32,000 nucleotides of DNA from Longivirga aurantiaca (GCF_042660085.1 NZ_JBHSTI010000009.1:17410-49409); one strand, 5' to 3'; positions 8,926 to 18,358 are shown, counted from the stretch's first letter. Numbers and translations: made by a program. Notes: a model not told the origin generated them from the letters alone.

Positions 8926-9684
8926 ATGTCCATGGAGCTCAAGGGTGCGATCGCCGTCGTTACGGGCGGTGCTTCCGGCATCGGGAAGGCCACCCGCGAC
9001 CTGTTGGAGGCGGCGGGTGCCCGACCAGTGACGTGGGACCTCGCGGGGGCCGACATCCGCTGCGACGTCTCCAGCGAGGAGTCGGTCGAGGCGGCGATCG
9101 CCGCGACGGTGGCTGGCTACGGGGTTCCGTCGATCCTGGTGGCCGCCGCCGGGGTCGGGCGGACCGGACGCATCGTCGACCTGGATCTCTCCGACTGGGA
9201 TCTGACGTACGCGGTGAACATCCGCGGCGTCATGCTCGCTCTGCGCGTCGTCGCACGCGAGATGATCGCGGCGGGCCTGCCAGGCAGCTGCATCCTCATC
9301 AGCAGCGTCAACGGAACGGTGGCCGATGCTGCGCACTCGATGTACTCCACGAGCAAGGCGGCCGTGAACCATCTGGCCCGATGCGCCGCGGTCGAGCTCG
9401 GCCCCGAGGGGATCAGGGTGAACGCGGTAGCACCGGGACCTGTGGAGACCCCGATGATGAGCGGCGTTCTCGCCATTGAGGGCTACAGGCAACAGATCGC
9501 GGACACCACGCCCCTCGGCCGTATCGGCGCGCCGGAGGACATCGCGGAAGCGGTGCTCAACCTGCTGCGGTCCGACTGGGTCACCGGGCAGGTGGTGGCC
9601 GTCGACGGAGCTGCATCGCTCATGAGCGCGCGCGGTCACGACCGCGCTCGCAAGCTCACTCAGAAGCACGGGGACGGGGCATGA
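8926..9684 (+). CDS. SDR family oxidoreductase
   Basis: TGGASGIGKA, ISSVNG, YSTSKAAV. An alternative start ATG at 8932 has better spacing from GGAGGA. The stop overlaps the next gene's start (ATGA). Confidence 0.88.
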   Translation: MSMELKGAIAVVTGGASGIGKATRDLLEAAGARPVTWDLAGADIRCDVSSEESVEAAIAATVAGYGVPSILVAAAGVGRTGRIVDLDLSDWDLTYAVNIRGVMLALRVVAREMIAAGLPGSCILISSVNGTVADAAHSMYSTSKAAVNHLARCAAVELGPEGIRVNAVAPGPVETPMMSGVLAIEGYRQQIADTTPLGRIGAPEDIAEAVLNLLRSDWVTGQVVAVDGAASLMSARGHDRARKLTQKHGDGA

Positions 9685-10193
9685 TGGCGGCGACCCCCGT
9701 CGAGACCGATGCCGGCGGCGACAGCGTCACTGTCCGCTTCCGGGACGCGATGGGACAGGTGGCCGCACCGGTATGCGTGGTCACGATCCTCGACGACGCC
9801 CACCCGTACGGCACCACGGTGAGTGCCTTCATGTCGCTGTCGATGGCACCGCCCATGCTGCTGCTGTCCCTCGACAACACATCCCGGCTGCTCAGCCGGA
9901 TCTCGTTCGGCTCGCGACTGGGTGTGAACATCCTCGCCACGGACCAGCAGGCGCTCGCGAGCAGGTTCGCGAGCAAGATCGATGACAAGTTCGACGGCGT
10001 CGACTGGTTCCTGGACGCCGACGCGCCCCGGTTCGACTCGGTCCACGCGTGGGTCTGCCTCGACGTGCGCGAGATCATCGCGGGGGGCGACCACCGCGTG
10101 ATCCTCGGAGAGGTCGTCGCGGCCGAGGCCCTCGAAGGCTTCCAGCCGCTCACGTACCACCGCCGGACGTTCGGCACGCACGCCGCTCTCTGA
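9681..10193 (+). CDS. Flavin reductase (HpaC/HsaB-like), reductase component of a two-component monooxygenase
   Basis: 170 aa with the flavin-reductase-domain pattern FRDAMGQVAAPVCVVT ... GTTVSAFMSLSMAPPMLL ... GDHRVILGEVV ... PLTYHRRTF. Confidence 0.85.
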   Translation: MMAATPVETDAGGDSVTVRFRDAMGQVAAPVCVVTILDDAHPYGTTVSAFMSLSMAPPMLLLSLDNTSRLLSRISFGSRLGVNILATDQQALASRFASKIDDKFDGVDWFLDADAPRFDSVHAWVCLDVREIIAGGDHRVILGEVVAAEALEGFQPLTYHRRTFGTHAAL

Positions 10194-10253
10194 TCGAGCC
10201 GGCCCAGCTGCTCGGCACGACGCTCCGCCACCCGGCCGAGGAAGGATCCGTGA

Positions 10254-10796
10254 ATGAAGCTCTTCCACATCAACGTGGTGTGCATGGACTTCGAGAAGTC
10301 CTACGCCTTCTACACCGAGACGCTCGGCATGGTGCCGCTCACCCGGCGTACCGCTTCCTCCGGGGACGGCGCTCCGACGGGACCGCTCACGCGTCTGCCG
10401 GACGGACGGCTGCCGGGGGAGGCCCGCACCAAGGACGAGGATCAGGATGCTTCCCGGCGCGCGCTGGCGATGTCCGGTGATATGGGTAGCCGAGGCGTTC
10501 TGCTCTACTGGCCCGAGATGCCCCAGGGTCCGTACATCGACCTGCTCGAGTGGACCGAGGGCGGCTACGACGTCGAGCGGACGGTGAAGGGCACCGGCTT
10601 CGCGCGCCTCGCCATGCAGGTGGACGACATCGAGGCCGAGTACGCGCGCATGACCGAGCGGGGCGTCGAGTTCTACAGCGAGCCCGTCCTCATCACGCTC
10701 GGCGCCACGGCCATCAAGATCGTGTTCTTCGAGGATCCGGACGGCACCGTCCTCGAGTTCGTGGAGCTCGCCGCCGGCGGCTGGGGGAAGGTCTGA
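10254..10796 (+). CDS. VOC (glyoxalase/bleomycin-resistance/dioxygenase) family protein with an internal low-complexity insertion
   Basis: MKLFHINVVCMDFEKSYAFYTETLGM and FFEDPDGTVLEFVE are VOC module signatures. About 50 aa of Gly/Pro/Arg/Asp-rich sequence lies between them. Confidence 0.75.
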   Translation: MKLFHINVVCMDFEKSYAFYTETLGMVPLTRRTASSGDGAPTGPLTRLPDGRLPGEARTKDEDQDASRRALAMSGDMGSRGVLLYWPEMPQGPYIDLLEWTEGGYDVERTVKGTGFARLAMQVDDIEAEYARMTERGVEFYSEPVLITLGATAIKIVFFEDPDGTVLEFVELAAGGWGKV

Positions 10797-10797
10797 C

Positions 10798-11568
10798 ATG
10801 CCTGCTTCGATGACGGGACAGACGGCCATCGTGACCGGAGGGAGCCGGGGGATCTGCCTCGCTGCCGCCAAAGCGATGCTCGATCGTGGCGCCAACGTGT
10901 GCATCACCGGGCGGCACGAGGAGCAGCTGGCCGAGGCGCTGGCGCATCTGGCCGCTGGTAATCGCGCTATCGCGGTTGCCGGGCACGCGGCAGAGGCCGC
11001 GCACCGTGAGGAGACGGTCGCGACGGTGATGGCGACGTTCGGATCGATCGACGTCCTGGTCAACGGGGTGGGCATCAACCCGTACTACGGGTCGCTCTCG
11101 GACCTGCCGGAGGACGTCGCGATCAAGATGTACCGCACCAACGTGCTCGCCGCCCTGGAGTGGTTCAAGCTGTGCGAGAAGGCATGGATGGCCGAGCACG
11201 GCGGGAGCGTGGTCAACCTCGCCGCGGCCGGCGTCTACCGCGGAGGCCCACTGCTCGGCGCGTACTGCGTCACCAAGGCCGCGCTCGTGCGGCTCACCGA
11301 GCAGCTTGCGCTGGAGAAGGCTCCGCTCCGGATCCGGTTCAACGCCGTCGCCCCCGCCACGGTGCGCACGAAGTTCGCCGCCAAGTTCTGGGAGGGCAAC
11401 GAGGAGGCGGTCGCAGCGGCGTACCCGATCGGGCGTGCCGGGGAGCCCGAGGATGTCGGCGAGGCCATCGCCTTCTTCGCGAGCAACGACTCGTCGTGGA
11501 TCACCGGACAGACCCTCGCCATCGACGGCGGGCTGTTGCTCACGACGTCGGTCGACTCGCTCGCGTGA
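10798..11568 (+). CDS. SDR paralogue 1 (atypical: catalytic Ser replaced by Ala, Gly-motif GIG changed to GIC)
   Basis: 256 aa, collinear without gaps with the next gene. TGGSRGICLA, NLAAAGV (where Ser is expected 12 residues before Tyr), YCVTK retained. Confidence 0.88.
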   Translation: MPASMTGQTAIVTGGSRGICLAAAKAMLDRGANVCITGRHEEQLAEALAHLAAGNRAIAVAGHAAEAAHREETVATVMATFGSIDVLVNGVGINPYYGSLSDLPEDVAIKMYRTNVLAALEWFKLCEKAWMAEHGGSVVNLAAAGVYRGGPLLGAYCVTKAALVRLTEQLALEKAPLRIRFNAVAPATVRTKFAAKFWEGNEEAVAAAYPIGRAGEPEDVGEAIAFFASNDSSWITGQTLAIDGGLLLTTSVDSLA

Positions 11569-11581
11569 AGGGGGCAGTCCT

Positions 11582-12352
11582 ATGCCGGCGTCGATGAAGG
11601 ACCGGGTCGCGATCGTGACGGGCGGGACACGCGGTATCGGCCTGGCCACGGCGCGGTCCTTGCTGGATCGCGGGGCGACCGTGTGCATCACCGGACGCAG
11701 TACCGAGCAGCTGGCCGATGCACTCACCCAGCTGGATGCGGGTGAACGAGCAATCGGCGTCGCCGGCCACGCGGCCGAGGCTGCGCACCAGGACGCCACG
11801 GTCGCGCGCGTCATGGCGGAGTTCGGATCCGTCGACGTCCTGGTCAACGGGGTGGGCATCAACCCGTACTACGGGTCGACCAGCGACCTGCCCGAGGATG
11901 TAGCGATCAAGATGTTCCGCACCAACGTGTTGGCGGCTCTTGCCTGGTTCACCCGCTGCGAGCAGGCCTGGATGGGTGAGCATGGCGGGAGCGTCGTCAA
12001 CCTGTCCTCGGCCGGCGCCTATCGAGGCGGTCCGCTCCTCGGCTCGTACGGCATCACGAAGGCCGCGATGATCCGGTTGACGGAGCAGCTGGCCCTCGAG
12101 AAGGCGCCCCGACGGATACGGGTCAACGCAGTCGCCCCCGGCACGGTGCGGACGAAGTTCGCGGCGCAGTTCTGGGAAGGCAACGAGGAGGCCGCCGCGG
12201 CCGCGTATCCGCTGGGCAGGGCAGGGGAGCCTGAGGACGTGGCCGAGGCGATCGCCTTCCTGGCCAGTGACGACGCGTCGTGGATCACCGGCCAGACACT
12301 CGCGATCGACGGCGGACTCCTGCTGACGACGCTCGTCGACTCCCTGGCCTGA
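11582..12352 (+). CDS. SDR paralogue 2 (canonical catalytic residues)
   Basis: 256 aa: TGGTRGIGLA, NLSSAGA, YGITK. ATG at 11582, trimmed from ORF 11306..12352. Confidence 0.9.
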   Translation: MPASMKDRVAIVTGGTRGIGLATARSLLDRGATVCITGRSTEQLADALTQLDAGERAIGVAGHAAEAAHQDATVARVMAEFGSVDVLVNGVGINPYYGSTSDLPEDVAIKMFRTNVLAALAWFTRCEQAWMGEHGGSVVNLSSAGAYRGGPLLGSYGITKAAMIRLTEQLALEKAPRRIRVNAVAPGTVRTKFAAQFWEGNEEAAAAAYPLGRAGEPEDVAEAIAFLASDDASWITGQTLAIDGGLLLTTLVDSLA

Positions 12353-12376
12353 GCAGCCACGGCAACCGGAGGAACA

Positions 12377-13357
<981 letters not shown>

Positions 13358-13362
13358 TTCGC

Positions 13363-13385
13363 GGCACCGTCGTGAGACGGGTGCC
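13363..13385. terminator. Hairpin between convergent genes (9-bp stem with a 1-nt bulge, GTGA loop); possible bidirectional terminator
   Basis: GGCACCGTC (13363-13371) pairs with GACGGGTGCC (13376-13385), inside the 37-nt gap between the AKR stop and the SDR stop. Confidence 0.3.
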
Positions 13386-13394
13386 CGTGACCCG

Positions 13395-14327
13395 TCAGGT
13401 GCGGTTGCCGAACCTCGCGATCAGCGCCTGGCCCTGGCCGTCCGCCTCGGTGTGCCGCACGAGCCCCGCGTCGTACACGGAGTCGGCGAGGAACAGCTGC
13501 TCGACGTTGTCGCGGATGTCCTCGGGGGACGGGTCGTCGGAGCCGAAGCCGTACGCCTCGCCGATCACCACCTGCGCGGTAGTGCCCGCGATGGCCGTGA
13601 ACGTCTCTCCGTTGACCTTCGTCTCGGGGTGCGACAGCCAGAGCACGGTGGGCGACACGAGATGGGGGGAGAACTTGGCGAGCAGCTCGTCGGTGAAGAA
13701 CTTGCTGCTCGCGCTCACGGGGCGCGTGCCGGCGCCGGGTGAGATCTCGTTGATGTAGATGCCGTGGTCGAGGGAGTCCAGGGAGAGCGTCCTCGTGAAG
13801 CCGTGGATGCCCGCCTTGGCGACGCCGTACTCCAGGCGTCCCGTGCTGCCGACGAAGCCGACGGCCGAGGTGGTGTTCACGATCTTCCCGTAGCCGCGTG
13901 CCTGCATGTGCGGCCACGCGGCACGGGTGCAGTTGATGGTCCCGTACAGGTGCACCATGAGGACGCGCTCGAAGCTCTCCTGCGTGGTGTCCAGGAACGT
14001 GTAGCGGTCGGTGAAGATCCCGGCGTTGTTGACCAGGATGTCGATCTGGCCCCAGGTGTCGAGGGCCTGACCGATGATCGACTCGCCCGCCTCGACGGTG
14101 CCGACCGGGTCGAAGTTGGCGATCGCCTCGCCGCCGCGCGACACGATGAGGTCCACGACTTCCTGCGCAGGCGCGAGGTCCCCGCCACTGCCGTCGAGCT
14201 CGACGCCCGGGTCGTTGACGAGGACGCGGGCCCCGCGCGCGGCGAGGAGCAGCGCGTGCTCGCGACCGAGGCCGCGACCGGCGCCGGTGACGACGGCCAC
14301 GTGCCCGTCGAGTCGAAGCTCACCCAT
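13395..14327 (-). CDS. SDR, MFE-2/Hsd4A-like (3R)-hydroxyacyl-CoA / 17-beta-hydroxysteroid dehydrogenase type
   Basis: MGELRLDGHVAVVTGAGRGLGREHALLLAARGARVLVND ... NNAG ... NTTSAVG ... YGVAKAG plus a C-terminal extension, as in the MFE-2 dehydrogenase domain. ATG at 14327 follows GGAGG. The ORF track extends to 14813. Confidence 0.85.
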   Translation of the reverse strand: MGELRLDGHVAVVTGAGRGLGREHALLLAARGARVLVNDPGVELDGSGGDLAPAQEVVDLIVSRGGEAIANFDPVGTVEAGESIIGQALDTWGQIDILVNNAGIFTDRYTFLDTTQESFERVLMVHLYGTINCTRAAWPHMQARGYGKIVNTTSAVGFVGSTGRLEYGVAKAGIHGFTRTLSLDSLDHGIYINEISPGAGTRPVSASSKFFTDELLAKFSPHLVSPTVLWLSHPETKVNGETFTAIAGTTAQVVIGEAYGFGSDDPSPEDIRDNVEQLFLADSVYDAGLVRHTEADGQGQALIARFGNRT

Positions 14328-14489
14328 CGTGCCGACCTCCAAGGACAGCACGCACCCGCCCGCGTACGGGCGGGGCGTGTCACTGGTGTCAGCCGGTCGC
14401 GGACCGACCGGGCTGCTCTCGCGGGAGACTGGGGCGGGGTCCGATCGCCGCGGACCCCTTCCCGGCCACCTCTGGTGCGGGCGGGGTTG

Positions 14490-14529
14490 ACGGTAGGACC
14501 CGCCTGCTGAGACTGTCAAGCGCTTGGTA
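14490..14529 (-). promoter_or_regulatory. Operator/promoter site C (minus strand): TACCAAGCGCTTGACA (plus-strand core 14517-14526), -35 TTGACA = 14519-14514, 18-nt spacer, -10 TACCGT = 14495-14490; faces the Hsd4A-like SDR and lies 52 nt upstream of the divergent crotonase start
   Basis: Read directly. The 16-mer is identical to site B. Confidence 0.65.
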
Positions 14530-14577
14530 GAGAGATTCTCGGACCGCACGCGGTCCCGTCCCCGCGAGAGGTGTCCC

Positions 14578-15333
14578 GTGACCGACGAGGTGCTCACCGA
14601 GCAGCAGGATCGAACCCTGCTCATCACGCTCAACCGTCCCGAGGCCATGAACGCCATCAACGAGGCGTTGGTCGCGGGTCTGCTCGCCGCGGTGCGACGC
14701 CTCGACGACGACCCTGGTCTCACCGTGGGCGTCCTGACCGGCGCCGGCACGCGAGCGTTCTCCGCCGGCATGGATCTCAAGGCGTTCAGCCGTGGCGAGA
14801 ACATGCGCGGCATCTACGAGTTCATCAGGAACGGGTCGCGCAAGCCCCTGCTCGGAGCGATCGAGGGGCTGGCACTCGCCGGAGGCCTCGAGATGGCGCT
14901 CACCTGCGACCTCCTCGTCGCGGCGAAGGGGGCCAGGCTGGGGATCCCCGAGGCCAAGGTGGGGCTGTTCGCCTCCGCAGGGGGGGTCATGCGGCTTCCG
15001 AGCAGGGTGGGCTACAGCACCGCCATGGAGATGGCGCTGACCGGAGATCCGATCCTCGCCGAGGAGGCCTACGAGCGCGGGCTGGTGGCGCGTGTCTGCG
15101 AACCGGGCGATGCCGTCGCTGCCGCGCTCGAGCTCGCCCAGCGGGTGGCGAGGAACGCGCCGTTGAGCGTGGCGACGTCCAAGCAGCTGATCCGTGCCAC
15201 CCAGGGCACCACCGAGGCGGAGTTCTGGCAGCTCCAGGAACCGTACGAGGCCGCCATCGTGGCGTCGGCCGACGCCCAGGAGGGCCCCCGCGCGTTCGCC
15301 GAGAAGCGCCCCCCGCAGTGGACGGGGGCCTGA
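14578..15333 (+). CDS. Enoyl-CoA hydratase/isomerase (crotonase family)
   Basis: LITLNRPEAMNAIN, FSAGMDLK, AIEGLALAGGLEMAL, C-terminal EGPRAFAEKRPPQW. GTG at 14578 follows GAGAGG. The ORF track starts at 14524, inside the operator. Confidence 0.9.
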   Translation: MTDEVLTEQQDRTLLITLNRPEAMNAINEALVAGLLAAVRRLDDDPGLTVGVLTGAGTRAFSAGMDLKAFSRGENMRGIYEFIRNGSRKPLLGAIEGLALAGGLEMALTCDLLVAAKGARLGIPEAKVGLFASAGGVMRLPSRVGYSTAMEMALTGDPILAEEAYERGLVARVCEPGDAVAAALELAQRVARNAPLSVATSKQLIRATQGTTEAEFWQLQEPYEAAIVASADAQEGPRAFAEKRPPQWTGA

Positions 15334-15375
15334 CCCGTTCGGAGTGCGAGCGGAGCCTCAGGGCGGTCGTCGAGC

Positions 15376-16341
15376 TCAGGGTCGGAGCAGCACCTTGCCC
15401 ACCGCTCTCCTGTCGTCGATCAGCCTCAGAGCCTGGTCCGCCTGGTCGAGGGTGAAGACCTCGCCGATCACTGGAGCAAGGGCGCCGTTCTCGACGAAGG
15501 GCAGGAGCGCGTTCCATCCCTCGCGCACGTGCGTGGGTCGCGTGACCCCATAGGCCCCGAGCCCGACGCCCACGACCGAGATGTTGTTGAGCAGCAACCG
15601 GTTGACCTTCACCGAGGGGATGTCGCCACCGGTGAAGCCGACGACCAGAAGCCGGCCGTCGTCGCGCAGGCAGCGGAGGGAGTCGGTGAACCGGTCGTCC
15701 CCCACGGTGTCGACGACGAGGTCGACCCCTCCCGGATGCGCCGCGAGCGTGTCGTCCTTGAACGACTCCGCCAGGACGTAGGTGTCGGCGCCGGCGCCCA
15801 GGGCGACCGCTCCCTTCTCGTGGGTCGAGGTCACGGCGATCACCGTCCCCGCACCGAAAGCCCGGGCCACCTGGATGGCTGCTGTGCCGACACCACCCGC
15901 GGCGCCCTGGACGAGGACCGACTCCCCCGCCCGCATCCGGCCCCGCTGCACCAGGGCGAACCAGGCGGTCAGGTAGTTGAGGGGGAGCGCTGCTCCCTGA
16001 TCGAACGACGTGCCGTCCGGGAGCGGCAGGACGCGAGTGACAGGCGCGGCGGCGAGCTCCGCGAAGCCGCCCAGCATGGTGAAGGCCGCCACCCGGTCGC
16101 CCGGCGCCAGCCCTGAGCCGGCGGGCGCCATGACCACCTCGCCCGCGACCTCCGAACCGGGGACGAACGGAAGGGTGGGGGACAGCTGGTAACGGCCCCG
16201 CGTCTGGAGGACCTCGGGGAACGACACGCCGGCTGCCCTGACGGCGATGAGGGCCTCGCCGGCCGCGGGCACGGGATCGGGGACGTCCGCGAGGCGCACA
16301 GCACCCGGGCCGTCGTGCGTGGTGATCTGGACGGCGCGCAT
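15376..16341 (-). CDS. NADPH:quinone oxidoreductase / zinc-free MDR-family alcohol dehydrogenase-like protein
   Basis: MRAVQITTHDGPGAVRLADVPDP ... GSEVAGEV ... VLVQGAAGGVGTAAIQ ... GKVLL. ATG at 16341 follows AAGGAG. The ORF track extends to 16926. Confidence 0.88.
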   Translation of the reverse strand: MRAVQITTHDGPGAVRLADVPDPVPAAGEALIAVRAAGVSFPEVLQTRGRYQLSPTLPFVPGSEVAGEVVMAPAGSGLAPGDRVAAFTMLGGFAELAAAPVTRVLPLPDGTSFDQGAALPLNYLTAWFALVQRGRMRAGESVLVQGAAGGVGTAAIQVARAFGAGTVIAVTSTHEKGAVALGAGADTYVLAESFKDDTLAAHPGGVDLVVDTVGDDRFTDSLRCLRDDGRLLVVGFTGGDIPSVKVNRLLLNNISVVGVGLGAYGVTRPTHVREGWNALLPFVENGALAPVIGEVFTLDQADQALRLIDDRRAVGKVLLRP

Positions 16342-16389
16342 CGTGTGCTCCTTCTGATCGGATCGTGGCCACTGTAGGCCGAATGTGTC

Positions 16390-16405
16390 TACCAAGCGCC
16401 CGATC
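16390..16405. promoter_or_regulatory. Variant operator E: TACCAAGCGCCCGATC (left arm perfect, right arm degenerate), 50 nt upstream of the quinone oxidoreductase start
   Basis: The first 10 nt are identical to sites B and C. It shares CAAGCGCCCG with the variant at 27538-27547. Confidence 0.4.
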
Positions 16406-16620
16406 AGTCCTGTCCGGGCGGAAGGCAGGCGTGGCGGCTGTCGGCCTACCACCGTGGCGCGTGGATGCGGCCTCAGAGGTGCACGGGCAACCCGGTGTGA
16501 CGCAAGGAATGCCGACGTACCGCCAGCCCGGGAAGAGCGGACGTTGAGGTGACCGTGGTGGTCTGGGCGCTCGGGGACGAGGGCCGGCGACCTCGTTCGG
16601 GAACGCGCTCGTAACAATTC

Positions 16621-16659
16621 GACCAAGCGCTTGATATACGAACCGGCGCATGCCACTGT
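16621..16659 (+). promoter_or_regulatory. Operator/promoter site D: GACCAAGCGCTTGATA (core 16624-16633), -35 TTGATA 16631-16636, 17-nt spacer, weak -10 CACTGT 16654-16659; about 100 nt upstream of the ABC transporter operon
   Basis: Perfect palindrome core. The -10 is only an nAnnnT match, so the promoter call is weaker than the operator call. Confidence 0.55.
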
Positions 16660-16732
16660 CTGCACCACCCAGAAGTCGGTGGACCCGTCTGCCGACCGTC
16701 GACACTCCTGACCCGCGTGCGAAAGGAGCCTC

Positions 16733-18358
16733 GTGACCTCCTCCACGGCTTCGCGGTCGGCCCGGCCGGTCCGGGACGACTCCGCCGTCCCGGTCGTCTC
16801 GCTGCGCGGCGTCACGAAGACGTTTGCCGGCACGCGGGCGCTGCGCCGGGTCGACCTGGACTTCTTCCCCGGGGAGATCCACGCCGTGTGCGGCGAGAAC
16901 GGCTCCGGCAAGTCGACGATGATCAAGATCCTGTCGGGGGTCTACCAGGGCGACCCCGGTGGGACGGTGTCGCTGAACGGTGAGGAGTACGACGCCGACC
17001 GCGTCACGCCGACCGTGGCCAACCGCCAGGGCGTCCGTGTGGTGCACCAGGACCTCGCGGTCTTCCCGGAGCTGACGGTTGAGGAGAACCTCGCGATCGA
17101 CGGCGGGTTCCACACCAGCAAGCTCGGCCGGATCCGCTGGCGCAAGCAGCACAAGTCGGCCGAGCAGCTGATCCGCGACTTCAAGATTCCCGCCCGGCCC
17201 AAGAGCACGCTCGCCGAACTGTCCCTGGCTGCACGCACCGAGGTGGCGATCGCACGGTCGTTGCGCGACATGGACGACCGCGGCAAGGGCCTCCTGATCC
17301 TCGACGAGCCCACCGCGGCGCTGCCGGTCAAGGAGGTCGACGCGCTCCTGGCGTCGTTGCGCGACCTCGCCGACAGCGGCCAATCGATCCTCTACGTCAG
17401 CCACCGGCTGGACGAGGTTCTGGCGCTCGCCGACTACGTGTCGGTCCTCCGCGACGGCGAGCTGGTCGGTACGTTCCCCACCTCCGAGCTCGACGAGGCC
17501 CAGCTCGTGGACCTCATGCTCGGACGAGCGGTCCACAAGGCGCTCGAGCATGTGCCGGTCGTTCCCGACGGAGACGCCGTCTTCAAGGTCGAGAACCTGT
17601 CGGTCGGGCCGCTCAAGAGTGTCTCGCTCGAGGTCCACGCCGGCGAGATGCTGGGGATCGCCGGTGTCATGGGTTCAGGTCGCAGCACGCTCCTCAAGTC
17701 GATCTTTGGCGTCGCGCAGCCGCGCGCAGGACGCTTCGTCCTCGACGGGCAGACGATGGCGGCCGACAGTCCGAAGTCTGCGATGGGCGCAGGGATCGCG
17801 ATGGTGCCCGAGCATCGCTTGCGCGACGCAGCATTCGGCAACGAGCCGGTGGACATGAACATCTCCATCAGCGTCATCGGGAAGTACTGGCGCAAGCTGG
17901 TCCTGGCGGACAAGGCCCTGCGTCAGGACGCAGACCAGCTGATCTCGGAGTACCGCGTCAAGGTGCCGACCGGTCGATCCCTGATGAGCTCGCTGTCCGG
18001 CGGCAACCAGCAGAAGGTCGTCGTCGCGCGCTGGCTCCGTCGCAAGCCTCGGCTGATCCTGCTCGACGAGCCGACCCAGGGCGTGGACGTCGGTGCGCGA
18101 GCCGAGATCTACAACATCCTGAGGCGGGCCACCCAGGACGGTGCCGCAGCAGTCCTGGTGGCCTCCGACTTCCAGGAGCTCGCTCAGGTGGTCGACCGGG
18201 CGATCGTGCTCCGCAACGGCCGAGTCGTCGCCGAGCTCCGGGGCGACGAGATCACCGCCCATCGCCTGGCGCGCCTCAGCCACGCGGATGAAGCCCCCGC
18301 GGCGGCCATGCCCACCCCTGACAGTGACTCATCCGTCGCATCTGCCGAGAAGGGATGA
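16733..18358 (+). CDS. ABC transporter ATP-binding protein, fused double-NBD (CUT2 / RbsA-MglA type)
   Basis: Two Walker A motifs (GENGSGKST, GVMGSGRST), a signature LSGGNQQK and Walker B LILDEPT/LLDEPTQG. GTG at 16733 follows AGGAG. Confidence 0.92.
   Translation: MTSSTASRSARPVRDDSAVPVVSLRGVTKTFAGTRALRRVDLDFFPGEIHAVCGENGSGKSTMIKILSGVYQGDPGGTVSLNGEEYDADRVTPTVANRQGVRVVHQDLAVFPELTVEENLAIDGGFHTSKLGRIRWRKQHKSAEQLIRDFKIPARPKSTLAELSLAARTEVAIARSLRDMDDRGKGLLILDEPTAALPVKEVDALLASLRDLADSGQSILYVSHRLDEVLALADYVSVLRDGELVGTFPTSELDEAQLVDLMLGRAVHKALEHVPVVPDGDAVFKVENLSVGPLKSVSLEVHAGEMLGIAGVMGSGRSTLLKSIFGVAQPRAGRFVLDGQTMAADSPKSAMGAGIAMVPEHRLRDAAFGNEPVDMNISISVIGKYWRKLVLADKALRQDADQLISEYRVKVPTGRSLMSSLSGGNQQKVVVARWLRRKPRLILLDEPTQGVDVGARAEIYNILRRATQDGAAAVLVASDFQELAQVVDRAIVLRNGRVVAELRGDEITAHRLARLSHADEAPAAAMPTPDSDSSVASAEKG

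Larger units (their letters stand above)
10798..12352 (+). repeat. Tandem gene duplication (two 771-bp SDR genes, period 784 bp)
   Basis: By hand alignment the proteins differ at about 51 of 256 positions (about 80 percent identity). A 45-nt run is identical at 11050-11094 and 11834-11878. Confidence 0.9.

Noticed and set aside
16365-16547. 60-aa ORF in the long intergenic region, considered as a possible small protein or regulator remnant
   Set aside because: It has no RBS and a noise-like composition, and it overlaps the inverted repeat and operator E. No motif is recognisable.
14987-17638. The largest ORF in the track (883 aa, minus strand), which spans the crotonase 3' end, the oxidoreductase gene, the 391-nt intergenic region and the ABC ATPase gene
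   Set aside because: It is an Arg/Pro/Gly/Ala-rich shadow ORF of the kind expected in very GC-rich DNA. It has no recognisable domain, crosses an intergenic region, and overlaps three genes that have strong motif support in other frames.
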